This document shows positions 1 to 11,923 of a stretch of DNA of 64,000 bases, piece by piece. This DNA is from Alphaproteobacteria bacterium. Lineage in GTDB: Bacteria > Pseudomonadota > Alphaproteobacteria > UBA8317. The DNA is taken from assembly GCA_038131935.1 (NCBI GenBank), contig JAYPQH010000018.1:160001-224000 (forward strand). The letters run 5' to 3'. Position 1 is the stretch's first letter. Each line of letters opens with the position of its first letter. Both the position numbers and the translations under genes were made by a program. Under the pieces are notes generated by a model. It made no database searches. It saw nothing but the letters and a program-made list of their open reading frames with translations, and had not been told where the DNA came from.

Positions 1-22
1 CGGTTTTTTTGATGTCGGCCAT
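1..22 (-). CDS. Possible 5' end of a gene divergent from secA (MADIKKT...), running off the window
   Basis: ATG at 22 on the minus strand preceded by purine-rich AAAAGAGA. Only 7 codons are visible, so the product cannot be assigned. Confidence 0.3.
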
Positions 23-111
23 GATGATATCTCTTTTGTGTTTCAAAGGTCAGATAAAGCATATCTGCGCCTTTACGAAATTGCACATGCTTTGCGCAAG
101 CAAACTCAAAA

Positions 112-140
112 CTTGATTGACGGCGTTGCACTGCCTACCT
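112..140 (+). promoter_or_regulatory. Candidate alphaproteobacterial promoter upstream of secA (CTTG-N18-CCTACCT)
   Basis: CTTG at 112-115 and CCTACCT at 134-140 resemble the CTTG-N17/18-CCTATAT-type consensus. Motif match only. Confidence 0.25.
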
Positions 141-229
141 ATGCGCAAGGCGTCTTGCGTATGATACAGGATTAGGTCCATGTACAGTGGCAAAGCTGTT
201 TTTGATGCATAACTTACAAGAAAGTGACG

Positions 230-2855
230 ATGATGTTGGGTCTTGGCTCTGTAACAAAAAAACTCTTTGGCTCCGCCAATGATCGCAAATTAAAGGCCTA
301 CAAACCCAAACTGCAGGCCATCAATGCCTTGGCAGAGGAAACCAGCCAGCTTTCCGATGAGGACTTAGCAGCGAAAACAACCATTTTACGTGAGAAATAC
401 GCCCAAGGGGCAAGCCTAGATGACCTTCTGGTTGAAGCTTTTGCATTGGTTCGAGAAGCTGCATCGAGGGCTATTGAGCTTAGGCATTTCGATGTCCAGT
501 TGATTGGCGGCATGGTCCTTCATGAAGGGCGGATCGCTGAAATGAAAACTGGCGAAGGCAAAACCTTGGTGGCCACTGCGGCGGCCTATTTAAACGCGTT
601 ACCTGGAAACGGGGTCCATGTGGTCACCGTCAACGACTACCTCGCCCAACGCGACGCAGATTGGATGGGGCAGTCTACCACAAATTGGGGTTAACGGTTG
701 GTTGTATAACAGGGTCGATGGAACCTCATGAACGGCGTAGCCAATATGCCTGCGACATCGTCTATGGCACCAACAATGAATTCGGCTTTGACTATCTTCG
801 TGACAATTTATGCCAATCACAGGAACAAATGGTCCAGCGTGACCATGTCTTTGCGATTGTGGATGAGGTGGACTCAATCTTGATTGATGAGGCGCGCACG
901 CCCTTGATTATTTCTGGGCCCACCCAGGATCAATCAGACATGTATCAAACCATAGATGCGCTGGTGCAAAAGGTTGAAAAAGAAGATTTCGAGCATGACG
1001 AGAAAATGCGTTCGTTAACCTTGACCGAGCAGGGCAATGATCATGTGGAAGCCTTATTGGTGGAAGCAGGCTTGATCGAGGAAGGTACGTTCTACAACCC
1101 GGAAAACGCCTCACTTGTGCATCATGTCAATCAAGCCCTGAAAGCCCATCATATGTTCCGCAAAGATGTGGATTATATGGTGCGTGGGGGCAAGGTGATG
1201 ATCATCGATGAATTCACCGGCCGTGTGATGGATGGACGACGTTATTCTGAGGGTTTACATCAAGCGCTGGAAGCAAAAGAGCATGTAGATATCCAACCAG
1301 AAAACCAAACACTGGCCTCTATTACATTTCAGAATTACTTCCGTCTTTATGAAAAGCTCTCGGGGATGACAGGTACAGCCGCCACGGAAGCAGAGGAATT
1401 TGGGGCCACTTATGGACTTGATGTTGTGGAAATCCCCACCCATCAACCCATTGCCCGGCGTGATGAAGATGATGAAATCTACCGCACCTCCAAGGAGCGG
1501 TACGACGCCATTGTCGCTGAAATCACAGACGCCCAAAAACGTGGCCAACCCGTTTTGGTGGGCACCACATCCATCGAAAAATCCGAACTTCTGTCCCAAG
1601 CCCTCAAAGCAACCGGCATTGATCATCAGGTATTGAACGCGCGCTACCATGAGCAAGAAGCGTTCATCATTGGTCAAGCTGGCAAACCCGGTGCGGTCAC
1701 AATTGCCACCAACATGGCTGGTCGTGGTACCGACATCAAACTGGGTGGATCCTTAGAAATGACCTTGGCTCAGGATCATGTCCAACAAAGCGAACAAGGC
1801 CCCGATGAGGATGAGGTTGCCCGGATCGCGGAGGAGATAGAGCAACGCAAAGCCCAAGCCCTTCAAGCAGGGGGTCTTTATATCATAGGGACGGAGCGGC
1901 ATGAATCCCGGCGTATTGATAACCAGTTGCGCGGCCGTGCTGGCCGCCAAGGAGATCCCGGGCGATCAAAATTCTTCCTCTCTTTAGAAGATGACTTGAT
2001 GCGCATTTTTGGCACCGACAGGTTGGATTCCATGTTGGGCAAATTGGGCCTTAAGGAAGGGGAAGCCATCTCCCACCCTTGGGTTAACAAGGCCATTGAA
2101 AAAGCCCAAGGCAAGGTGGAAGCCCGTAACTATGACGCCCGAAAGCATATTCTCAAATATGATGATGTGGTGAATGATCAACGTAAGGTCGTGTTTGAGC
2201 AACGCAAAGCCATTTTGACCGACAAAGATCTCCATGACCTCATCCAAGACATGCGCATCACCGTTATTGAAGACCTGGTACAACACCATATTCCGCAAGA
2301 CGCCCTACCCGAACAATGGAATGTTGAAGGGCTCGAGCGCGAAGCTGCCGCCATTTTGGGCGTCGAACTACCAATCCAAGATTGGGCCGAAGAAGAAGGT
2401 GTCGATGAAGAAATCTTGACCGATCGGATCAAAGAGGCTGCTGCAAGGCGCCATGCTGAGCGCAAAATACGATTTGGTGATGAACTTATGGAACAAGTTG
2501 AACGCGCCGTGATGTTGCAGGTCCTTGACCATCATTGGCGCGATCATCTTCAAACCCTAGACCACCTTTCCAAAGTGGTAGGGTTGCGTGGCTATGCGCA
2601 ACGGGATCCCCTCAATGAATACAAATCAGAGGCATTCAGCTTGTTTGATGGTCTTTTGACCAAATTGCGGGTCGATACCATCCGCCAACTTATGAATATT
2701 GAGCTGGTCCCCAACAATCCAGATGATGATGAGCAAGAGGAACAAACAAGCCCCATGCCATCCACAAAAGACCCCTTCTCCGGTGTTGGACGCAACCAAC
2801 CTTGTCCTTGCGGGTCTGGCAAAAATACAAACATTGCCACGGCGCGGTCCGTTAA
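230..2855 (+). CDS. secA: Preprotein translocase ATPase SecA (split by two single-base homopolymer indels)
   Basis: Motifs [65 protein letters not shown]. Adding one G at 667-670 joins ORFs 224-694 and 661-3000. Adding one A at 2821-2825 restores the SEC-C motif CPCGSGKKYKHCHG and the stop at 2853-2855. Confidence 0.97.
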
Positions 2856-2876
2856 AAAACACCTTAAGAATTCATT

Positions 2877-2904
2877 AAAAAAGCCAGGCATTGCCTGGCT
2901 TTTT
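2877..2904. terminator. Bidirectional intrinsic terminator between secA and the convergent Mo-hydroxylase gene
   Basis: AAAAAAGCCAGGCA-T-TGCCTGGCTTTTT inverted repeat flanked by A and T tracts. Confidence 0.85.
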
Positions 2905-2967
2905 CTGATTTCTCACATGACAACTCATGGGCATAACGCCATCAGCCGAATCTTAACGATCCCAGCC

Positions 2968-5284
2968 TCAACCGGCCTGGATCACAGCCCACAGAGCTGA
3001 TGGGGTCAAAGGCATTTGTAAAGAGGCTGTTTTATGACCCAAACCTTGACGCGCGAGCGCATCGGCCACAGCATTAACCACAGCTGGGGTCGCCCCAATG
3101 GTTCCCAATTCACCAACGCCCTTCACACCCAGAATATTGTTGGTGGAAGGAATGGTTTCGTCACAACGTGTGGTAAACAATTGTGTTGCCACATCTGCAC
3201 GTGGTGCTGTGTAGTCCATCAAACTACCAGAAAGCAGCTGACCTGTATCTGGGTCATAGACCACCGCTTCTTGAAGCGCCTGTCCTATGCCTTGTACCGC
3301 GCCACCTTCTAACTGTCCGACCACGATGGGATGGTTTACGACACGCCCAATATCATTCACCGATGCATAAGCTGCTACATGGGTTATGCCTGTTGCTGGG
3401 TCGATTTCCACTTCACAAATATGGCAACCATTCGGCCATGTTGGGCCTTTCGCTGTGGTGGAGCTGGCCACCTCGATTTTCCCATCAGGTTGCTTACCTG
3501 CTAAGTCCGAAAGACTGCGGCTCATATCTGTCCCAGGTACTGAGAAGGACCCTTTTGATAGGTAAGATCAAGGCATCAACCTCAAGCTCATCTGCAGCCA
3601 GGTGACGTGCTTTATCAAGAGCTTCTGTGGCACCAACCTGAACCGCAGCACCACCTGTGAACAACGAACGAGAGCCTGCGGAGCCAAAACCATTGGCTTG
3701 ATCTGTATCCCCGATGACCATGCGAATGGAAGACGCAGGAACATCAAACACATCGACCATCAGCTGGGTCAAGGATGTGGTAATCCCTTGGCCCATTTGG
3801 TTCACCGCAGAGGCGACCTCAATCGTACCATCTGCCAGGATGCTTACCCGAACATTCTCTTCCAATGCATTACCACCGGTCCATTCCAAGAATGTTGCGA
3901 TCCCCAGACCACGCCATTTTCCATGCGCACGGGAAGCTTCTTCCCGTTGAGCGAACCCGTCCCAATCAGCAAAAGACAAACCTTGGTCCATAATGCTTTC
4001 AAAATGTCCCACATCATAGGTTTGACCCATGGGGTTGGTGTAAGGCATCTGGTCAGGTTTGATAAAGTTCACCCGACGCAAAGCGGTTCGATCCATACCC
4101 ATTTGACGGGCGGCTTCATCCATCAAACGCTCGATATTATGGATTGCCTCTGGTCGACCGGCACCACGGTATGGGCCTGTTGTGGCGGTGTTGGTCGCCA
4201 CAGCTGTGTAGGTAAAATCAATCAAACCAATGTCATAGACAGAAGTTTGCACCCATGGACCGATCAGCCCTTGGATGGCGACCCCTGACATGGTGGGACA
4301 TGCCCCAACGTTGGCGTAGGTATTGACCTTCAGCGCAAGCAAACGACCGCTTGCATCAAAAGCACCAGTGATATCACATTCAATATCTCGACCATGAATG
4401 GATGAAAGGAAGTCTTCACTTCGGCTTGAGGCCCATTTGACAGGGGTTCCCAAGCGATGGGCTGCGTAAGCCACCGCAATATCTTCAGGATAAGGCCCTG
4501 TTTTCATGCCAAAGCCACCGCCTACATCACCGATGCGTACCCGCACCTGCTCGGTCTGAAGCCCAAGCAAGGCACAAACATTGGCGCGGATGCCCGTTGG
4601 CATCTGGGAAGACAAACGAATTTCGAGACGCTCATCCAACATCTGGGCCAACACAACCCGAGGCTCCAACGAAAGAGCAACCAAGCGCTGGTTGTCGATA
4701 TGTAATGAGACCACATGGTCAGCTTGGGCGATCACATCGGCAGCCTTGTCCGCATCACCATAACGCATTTGCGCCACGATATTATCAGGCGCATCACTCA
4801 ACACAGCGGCATCTGCAGCAAGGGCCGCAGAAATGGTTGTTGCATGCGGGAGTGGTTCATAGTCAACCACCACAAGTTCAGCTGCTTCACGCGCAATATC
4901 AAGGCTGTCAGCCACCACAAGCGCCACAGGTTCTCCAACAAAGCGCACGCGACCTTGGGCCAAGACATGTCGCGGCGCTGCCGCCAAATCACTGCCGTCA
5001 GGGCGCTTAAAATTTGCAGGGCCAGGTAGTGGGGGAATTCCTTGTTGCGCCAAATCTTCACCTGTTACGACCAAACGCACCCCATCCAGCTGACGGGCGG
5101 CGTCAACATCAACATGGGTAATACGCGCATGGGCTTCACTTGAGCGCACAAACACAAGGTGACCACAGTTCTGCGGTAAAAAGTCATCGGAGAATTGTCC
5201 TTTGCCTTTGAGCAAAGCTTCATCCTCAAGCCGATGTACAGCGGTTCCACTCCCAAATCTGGTTTCGAGATTATGTTCCATCAC
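2968..5284 (-). CDS. Xanthine dehydrogenase/CoxL-family molybdopterin-binding large subunit (frameshifted near 3,525-3,560)
   Basis: N-terminal ORF 3494-5284 has [52 protein letters not shown]-terminal ORF 2968-3525 has [32 protein letters not shown]. Confidence 0.9.
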
Positions 5285-5510
5285 CTGACTCCTCAGTCAC
5301 AAAAAAATGCCAGTCTTTAAATATCTGACCCAAAACATGTCTGATCACCCAATGCCATGAGCCTAGGCTCTCTGACGTTGGGTTAAAACGATGATGCTGA
5401 TGTAGCACCAAATATCTGCTCCGCACAGGGTGCCACAATGACGCGATGAAGAAAACCTCCCTCTTCACCTAACCCCTCTCCTTTTTGCCTGAAATCCTCA
5501 AAAACACCCA

Positions 5511-5993
5511 CTAAGATTGTGGCGCAGACCGCATCAAGCTTTTGCTTAGAAGGACCAAAATACCTAATGAAATCAAAAAGTTTGCGCCTGCAAGTGACAG
5601 CCCAGCAAAGACCAATGCGGGCTCATCACAGCGCGGCGGTGCTTTCAAGTTCAATTGGTCTTGCATCTGCCCCAAACTCATCGGCAAGCTCAAATCTGCC
5701 TGGCAAGGCAAATCCAAATACCACCAACCATATTCAAAGCCTGCATGGGCTCCTGCCAACAACATGGACGCCAAGACCCCACCCCATAATAGCCCCAACC
5801 CCAAGCGATGGGGCACAGAGGTCCGCATCAGAATGAGTGATGCAACACATAAGATCATATGGATGCTGCGTTCTTTTAAACATAAATAGCATGGGGAGAG
5901 CCCCATTATATGCTCCAAAAACAAACTCAGTGTTACAAGAGACCCTGTGACCCAAAACACGATGGTCATGGCATGATCATTCAGTTTATCCAT
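5511..5993 (-). CDS. dsbB: Disulfide bond formation protein DsbB family
   Basis: Four hydrophobic segments, LEHIMGLSPCYLCLKER (CxxC), and a second Cys pair (PC...RCDEP..VFAGLSLAGAN). Start placed at ATG 5993. Confidence 0.8.
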   Translation of the reverse strand: MDKLNDHAMTIVFWVTGSLVTLSLFLEHIMGLSPCYLCLKERSIHMILCVASLILMRTSVPHRLGLGLLWGGVLASMLLAGAHAGFEYGWWYLDLPCQADLSLPMSLGQMQDQLNLKAPPRCDEPALVFAGLSLAGANFLISLGILVLLSKSLMRSAPQS

Positions 5994-6007
5994 GTGCCAG
6001 GTAACCT

Positions 6008-6597
6008 TTACCGATGTGCCCCAGGAACCCAAAGGACGTCAGCAAGCCCCCATCGTTACCAACACTTGCCAGCACAAAGCACAAATCAGACAGACGGTTA
6101 AGGTATTTCAAGGCTGCCTCATTGATCGCCTCTTGCGCGGCGAGATGAACCACATCTCGTTCTGCGCGACGTACCACCGTTCGTGCTTGATGCATATGTG
6201 CGGAAAACGCTGTACCTGCTGGCAAGATAAACGAACGCAATGGCTCAAGTTGTGTGGTAAATGCGTCGATATGTTCCTCCAACCAGTTCACCTGGGCATC
6301 CACAACGCGCAGAGGTTCATATTCATATTTGTCCTTTAGGGGCGTTGCCAAATCAGCCCCAACGTCAAACAAATCATTTTGGATGCGCGACAGCAAATCA
6401 TCCAAACTGAGTGTTGGATCGTGGCGAAGCTTGGCAGACCCTACATGCAAACGCGCCACGCCAATCACTGCGTTCGCCTCATCTACTGTTCCATAAGCCG
6501 CCACACGCGGGGATGACTTTCCCACCCGGCTTCCATCAGAAAGACCCGTTTCCCCAGTATCGCCTGTACGTGTGTAAATTTTGTTCAGAACCACCAT
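6008..6597 (-). CDS. ATP:cob(I)alamin adenosyltransferase, PduO/MMAB type
   Basis: MVVLNKIYTRTGDTGET, AYGTVDEAN, IQNDLFDVGADLA, ARTVVRRAER, YLNRLSD. An indel in the G5 run at ~6047-6051 restores the C-terminus ADVLWVPGAHR* ending at 6008. Confidence 0.92.
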
Positions 6598-6735
6598 AAC
6601 CAACATTCTCCTTTATTGCTTGTTGAGGTAGGTCTTCGCCTGCTTAAGAGCAAGAAAAAAATCTCCCCAAGCAGTCTTGCCTTTATGCGCTTGCAAGACC
6701 ATGCTGTGGCACATCATCAGATGGAGGGGAATGAC

Positions 6736-8493
6736 ATGAACAACCATGTTGACGAACTGCAACTGCGTAAAAAAAGCGCTGAGGATTGGCTGACCAACTT
6801 CAATCAGCGGCTTGCGGCAGCTGACCATCCAGGAATGATGTCCTTATGTGCCCAGACATGTCACTGGCGGGATATCGTGGCCTTTGGTTGGGATATTCAA
6901 ACCACACAAGGTGCATCTGAGCTGGCCTCAAAACTCTTAGAATGCACAACCGAACGCGCTTGCACAGGTTTTTTCCTTGATGAACAACGAACCCCACCAC
7001 GTTGGGTGACCCGTGCGGGGGTTCACGCTTGTGAAATCATTATCAAGTTTTCTCATAAATATGGCCATGGCGATGGCGTCTTGAGGCTGATTGACGAAGA
7101 CAACCAACTTAAACTCTGGACACTCAACACCAACCTGCAAATGCTGGAAGGTTATCAAAGGACCCAAGCAGACAGGCGATTTGGTGGTGATGCCTATGAC
7201 CGCGAATTCGGTGGCAGAAATTGGCTTGATGCGCGCATCGATGCGCAAGCTTATGAAGATCGCGAACCAACCGTGTTGGTGGTCGGAGGGGGCCAAGCAG
7301 GTGTCTCCATCGCCGCACGTTTAACCCATATGGGTTTGGATACGTTATTGATCGACAAAAATGACCGAATTGGGGACAATTGGAGAAACCGCTATCATTC
7401 CCTCACCTTGCATAATGAGGTGTTTGTAAACCACCTTCCTTTTCTTCGCTTCCCTGAAACCTGGCCTGTTTATATCCCCAAAGACATGCTGGCAGCCTGG
7501 CTTGAGCAATATGTGGACACATTGGAAATCAATTGTTGGACGCGTTCATCCTTAGAGCAAGGCCGGTACGACGAAGACGCGCAACGTTGGGACGTGACAT
7601 TGTTGCGCGAAGGAAAGACAAGAAAGATCAAACCAAAGCATATTGTTCTGGCCACAGGGGTCAGCGCCATTCCGGTCATGCCCGACATAGCGGGGTTAAA
7701 GGATTATCAAGGCACATTGATACATTCAGGCCAGTATGATGAGGGCAAAGACTGGAAAGACAAACCCGTGTTGGTCGTAGGCACAGGAAACTCAGGCCAT
7801 GATGTGGCCCAAGATCTCTATGCTGCCGGCGCCAAGGTCTCCATCATGCAACGTAGCCCCACTCATATTGTAAGCTTACGTGAAGCACAAAGGGTCTATG
7901 CCTTGTACCAAGAGGGACCACCTCTTGAGGATTGCGACCTCTTGGCCACATCTTTTCCCTATCCGGTCTTACGGCGGGGTTATGAACTCGCCACGCAAAT
8001 GTCAAAACACGAAGACCATGACTTGCTCGAACGCTTATCAAAGCGAGGCTTCCGTTTGAGTGATGGGGTGGACAATTGTGGGTTTCAGATGAGCTATCTC
8101 CAACGCGGAGGCGGCTATTATTTTAACGTTGGCTGCTCCGACTTGATTGCTGATGGGGATATCTCCTTGTTGGCCTATCAAGATTTGGAAAGCTTCAACC
8201 CCAACGGTTTGACCTTGAAGGATGGTACAACCCAAGATTTTGAATTGGTGGTCATGGCCACGGGTTATAAAAATCTGTCCGGCACAACACGTGCTCTACT
8301 TGGCGATGAAGTCGCAGACCGTGTTGGTCAAGTTTGGGGTTTTGATGAGGGTGGAGAATTGGCCAATATGTGGCGTCCCACGCCACAACCAGGGCTTTGG
8401 TACACCGCAGGATCCCTTGCGCAATGCCGTATTTTCTCACATTATTTGGCGTTGCAAATCAAAGCGAAAGAAGAAGGACTTACCTCATCATAA
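6736..8493 (+). CDS. Flavin-containing monooxygenase, type II-like, with ~170-aa N-terminal extension
   Basis: GGGQAG, WRNRYHSL, YQGTLIHSGQY (FMO fingerprint), GTGNSG and ATGY motifs. RBS GGAGGGG before ATG 6736. Confidence 0.88.
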   Translation: MNNHVDELQLRKKSAEDWLTNFNQRLAAADHPGMMSLCAQTCHWRDIVAFGWDIQTTQGASELASKLLECTTERACTGFFLDEQRTPPRWVTRAGVHACEIIIKFSHKYGHGDGVLRLIDEDNQLKLWTLNTNLQMLEGYQRTQADRRFGGDAYDREFGGRNWLDARIDAQAYEDREPTVLVVGGGQAGVSIAARLTHMGLDTLLIDKNDRIGDNWRNRYHSLTLHNEVFVNHLPFLRFPETWPVYIPKDMLAAWLEQYVDTLEINCWTRSSLEQGRYDEDAQRWDVTLLREGKTRKIKPKHIVLATGVSAIPVMPDIAGLKDYQGTLIHSGQYDEGKDWKDKPVLVVGTGNSGHDVAQDLYAAGAKVSIMQRSPTHIVSLREAQRVYALYQEGPPLEDCDLLATSFPYPVLRRGYELATQMSKHEDHDLLERLSKRGFRLSDGVDNCGFQMSYLQRGGGYYFNVGCSDLIADGDISLLAYQDLESFNPNGLTLKDGTTQDFELVVMATGYKNLSGTTRALLGDEVADRVGQVWGFDEGGELANMWRPTPQPGLWYTAGSLAQCRIFSHYLALQIKAKEEGLTSS

Positions 8494-8529
8494 GCTAATG
8501 AGGTCCCTTTATAGGTCACGAAAAAAACG

Positions 8530-9489
8530 TTAGCCTTCTTGCAGCATAGCCCCCATGGCGGCAAATTTTTCCGCGCGGTGAGAAGGCGCATCCTCGAGCC
8601 CTGCAAGTTGGTCCAACCCCTCACACAAAGCCTCACCCACCGCTTTGATGGTATCATTTGGATTACGCTGTGCCCCCCCAACAGGCTCTGCCACAATGGC
8701 GTCAATCACACCCAATTGTTTGAGGTCATTGGCGGTGATTTTGAGTGCCTGTGCAGCTTCAGCTGCTCTGCCAGCATCACGCCACAAAATCGAAGCACAG
8801 CCTTCCGGCGAAATCACTGAGTAGACGGCGTGCTCTAACATGATGATATGATTGGCCGTGGCCAAAGCCACCGCGCCACCGGAGCCACCCTCTCCAATAA
8901 TCACAGAGATATTGGGGCTTTTGACCCGCAAACATGATGCGGTACATTGGGCGATGGCTTCTGCTTGCCCACGCTCTTCTGCATCAATCCCAGGATAGGG
9001 CCCTGGGGTGTCGACAAAGGTAATCACGGGTAACTTATGTCGGCTTGCCAACTCCATCAAACGCGCAGCTTTGCGGTAGCCTTCAGGCCGAGCCATTCCA
9101 AAATTGCGTCGAACCCGACCTTCCGTCGTGCGTCCTTTTTGATGCCCCATCACCATAACCCTATGGGCACCAAGCATGCCCATACCACCAACAAGCGCCT
9201 CATCTTCTCCAAATTTACGGTCACCAGCCAACTCAATAAACCCTGTGATAAGCTGGTCCACATAATCCAAAAATTGGGGGCGGTTGGGATGCCGTGCCAC
9301 CTGTGTTTTTTGCCAAGGGGTTAATTTGGCGTAGGTTGACGCAATAATTTGTTCGAGTTTTTTGTTCAGCACCTGCACTTCATCGCTGACATCAACCCCA
9401 TTCTCAGGTTCACTGACAAGCCTGCGAAGTGACTCTATACGGCCTTCCAATTCCGCAATGGGTTTTTCAAAATCAAGATAGGAAAGCAT
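8530..9489 (-). CDS. accA: Acetyl-CoA carboxylase carboxyltransferase subunit alpha
   Basis: YLDFEKPI, VARHPNRP, NFGMARPEGYRKA, GEGGSGGA, YSVISPEGCASILW. Confidence 0.97.
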   Translation of the reverse strand: MLSYLDFEKPIAELEGRIESLRRLVSEPENGVDVSDEVQVLNKKLEQIIASTYAKLTPWQKTQVARHPNRPQFLDYVDQLITGFIELAGDRKFGEDEALVGGMGMLGAHRVMVMGHQKGRTTEGRVRRNFGMARPEGYRKAARLMELASRHKLPVITFVDTPGPYPGIDAEERGQAEAIAQCTASCLRVKSPNISVIIGEGGSGGAVALATANHIIMLEHAVYSVISPEGCASILWRDAGRAAEAAQALKITANDLKQLGVIDAIVAEPVGGAQRNPNDTIKAVGEALCEGLDQLAGLEDAPSHRAEKFAAMGAMLQEG

Positions 9490-9654
9490 GCTAGCCCCTC
9501 ACGTACAAACTAAAGATCGCCACCATCTCAGGGGCTTCATCATATGGTACAAATTGCTTCAGGCTTTGTAGGCAGGTTACACAAGCTTTGCAATCATCAC
9601 CTTGCAAGATCTCATCAACCAACCTTGCTGACAAGTCCTAAGCCCAGCTATAAG

Positions 9655-10576
9655 CTACCCAAGATTAAGCCCTGCCAGAGGATGGTGTTGCCGCACCAGA
9701 TCTATCAAATCATCACGGTCTAAATGGGTATAAATCTCTGTTGTGGCCATATGTGCATGCCCCAGCAATTCTTGGATGGTGCGCAAATCCGCACCATGTT
9801 GCAGCAAATGGGTCGCAAAGGCGTGACGCAAGCTATGTGGGGAAATCACCGAGGCGGTTAAACCTGCTTCTTCTGCCGTTTTGCGAATCAGTTGAAACAG
9901 CCTGACCCGGGTAAGATGACCTGAGCGCCCGCGGGAAGGAAACAAAAAATCTTGGCTATGTCTTCCTGCAACAAAAGAGCTGCCGACAATGCATGTAGCG
10001 GGCCAATGCATCTGCTGCATAAGGCCCCACTGGTAACAAACGTTCTTTTCGCCCTTTTCCAAGCACGCGCAAACTTGCATCCTGAACATCATAAGCACGC
10101 ACAGACAATTCCACGCATTCGCTGGCCCGCAAGCCGGTGGCATAAAGCAGTTCCAAAATCGCTGACAACCTTACACCACGCGGGCTGTCATCTTCCCTCG
10201 CAGCTGCAAACAACTTCTCCACAGCAGCTTCACTGAGGACTTTGGGCAACGCTCTTGGCGTTTTCATGCTGCGCAAACCTTCCATAGGGTTATCCATCCG
10301 ATAACCTTTGCGCTGTAAAAACCGAAAAAAGCCAGATAACGCTGCACGTTTTCTTTGGATGGTGGAGGGTGCCCATTCTTGATCACGAAGATCTGCAAGA
10401 AATGTGGTCAAGAGGCTCGATGTGCTGTCACACAAACTTTGGTTCAAGCCCGCACAAAATTGCGCAGCCTGAAGCAGGTCCCTCTGGTAGGCATCGATGG
10501 TATGCAAAGATTGAACAAGCGTTGAGGCACGGGCATCCAAAAATTCTTGGATATATTGGGTTCCGTCAGACGACAT
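9655..10576 (-). CDS. xerD: Site-specific tyrosine recombinase XerD (one extra base at ~9973-9976)
   Basis: [52 protein letters not shown]. Conserved xerD-accA context. Confidence 0.9.
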
Positions 10577-11923
10577 TAGCGCAAACGGGCTGGTTCATCC
10601 CAACCCATTGCAAGAATATCACGCCTGTAATCAAGCGCCTCTTGCTCAAGCCCTGCTTCGTGTAAGACATCCATAACCCCACGATGGTTTCCATTGGCAA
10701 ACGCGCCCAACAGCCTGTCCAATTGCATCAAAATATACATGTCCGGGGTTAGTTTGCCCTGCAGCTGCAAAGCGCTTGGGTTCAACCCAAGACTTCTCTG
10801 TTCACCAGGGATATGCGCCTGGAGTGCTATGAAGCCTGGAGGTGGTACAAAAGGCCCATTTAAGATGATTGAAGAGCCTGATTGGGTGAGCCAACTTACA
10901 AATGCGGTATCGTCTGCACGGGTGGCCAAGCGCTCAATGAGGGTCTGTTCGCCCAAACCAAATAGGGCCAAATAAATATCCCGACGCAGTGAGGGTTGAA
11001 CCCGCTCAATTTCCAGCGATTCAAGATATTCTTTCATCAACAACACCACGGACCCAATAATCTTGAGGGATTTGGCACGATCAAATGCCGCCGCCACCAG
11101 GTCCTCACGCAGATCTTCGCGCGTGATCCGCTGAACCAGTGCCCCCAAAGGATGATCATCTGGCAAGGCTTTCAACACCTCAACCATGGCAGCATCATCA
11201 ATACGTCCACGTTCCAACAAAATCCGGTGGGCCTCGAAGGCCACCACAGGGTCGGGATGGTCTGCAAACAACTCTGCTGTCATCTCGCTTAACCGAACAC
11301 CCTCATCTGTTTTTGCCCCCATTAGCGACAGAGCCACATGATACATGTCACTTCCCCCCAACAAATCCACAGGGACATCATACAAAACCCCTTGTGCATG
11401 TTGGGTGAGCGGCTCATCACCCAAACCAGGATACAAACGCTGCACAGCCTCAAAACCCACCTGATCCTTTCTCACGGCGTGGCAGATCATTTGGGCGCGT
11501 GGGGACATCTTCAACCGAACGTCTGGGTCACCGCAATTGGCAGTGCCATTGAGCATAAATAACGGCGCATCTTTTACAGGTGGTTGGGTCAGGGAAAGAT
11601 CTGTTTGCGCCAATGCTGACCATAAATAGCGGCTGAACAACAAACGCTGTTTGGCTGCTATGGCAATATCTGCAGATACAAAACTATCGATCAGCACCTT
11701 TGTTGAGGACCCTTGATTGCGTGAGGCGAATCCGAGACATGGACTCCAGACGACGCACCAATTCAGCCCGCATGTTGATATCAGCTTGTGCTTCCACGAT
11801 GGATTGGGGAAGAATGGACACCGGTCCAGCTTGCTGTGTTTGCCCATCAGCACCCATCAGCATGGTGACCAAAAGAGCTGTCCAAAACCTACCCATTATC
11901 TTTGCCTGACCTTTCAACATCAT
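10576..11923 (-). CDS. Hypothetical secreted protein upstream of xerD (frameshifted near ~11,700)
   Basis: ORF 11684-11923 carries a signal-peptide-like N-terminus (MGRFWTALLVTMLMGA). ORF 10576-11853 continues in another frame and abuts the xerD start. Confidence 0.6.

Noticed and set aside
2968-5284. Aerobic CO dehydrogenase (form I coxL)
   Set aside because: The loop is PYRGAGR rather than AYxCSFR, and there are no adjacent coxM/S or accessory genes.
9655-10576. Phage or island integrase
   Set aside because: Motifs and the xerD-accA context indicate the housekeeping XerD. No att sites or cargo are present.
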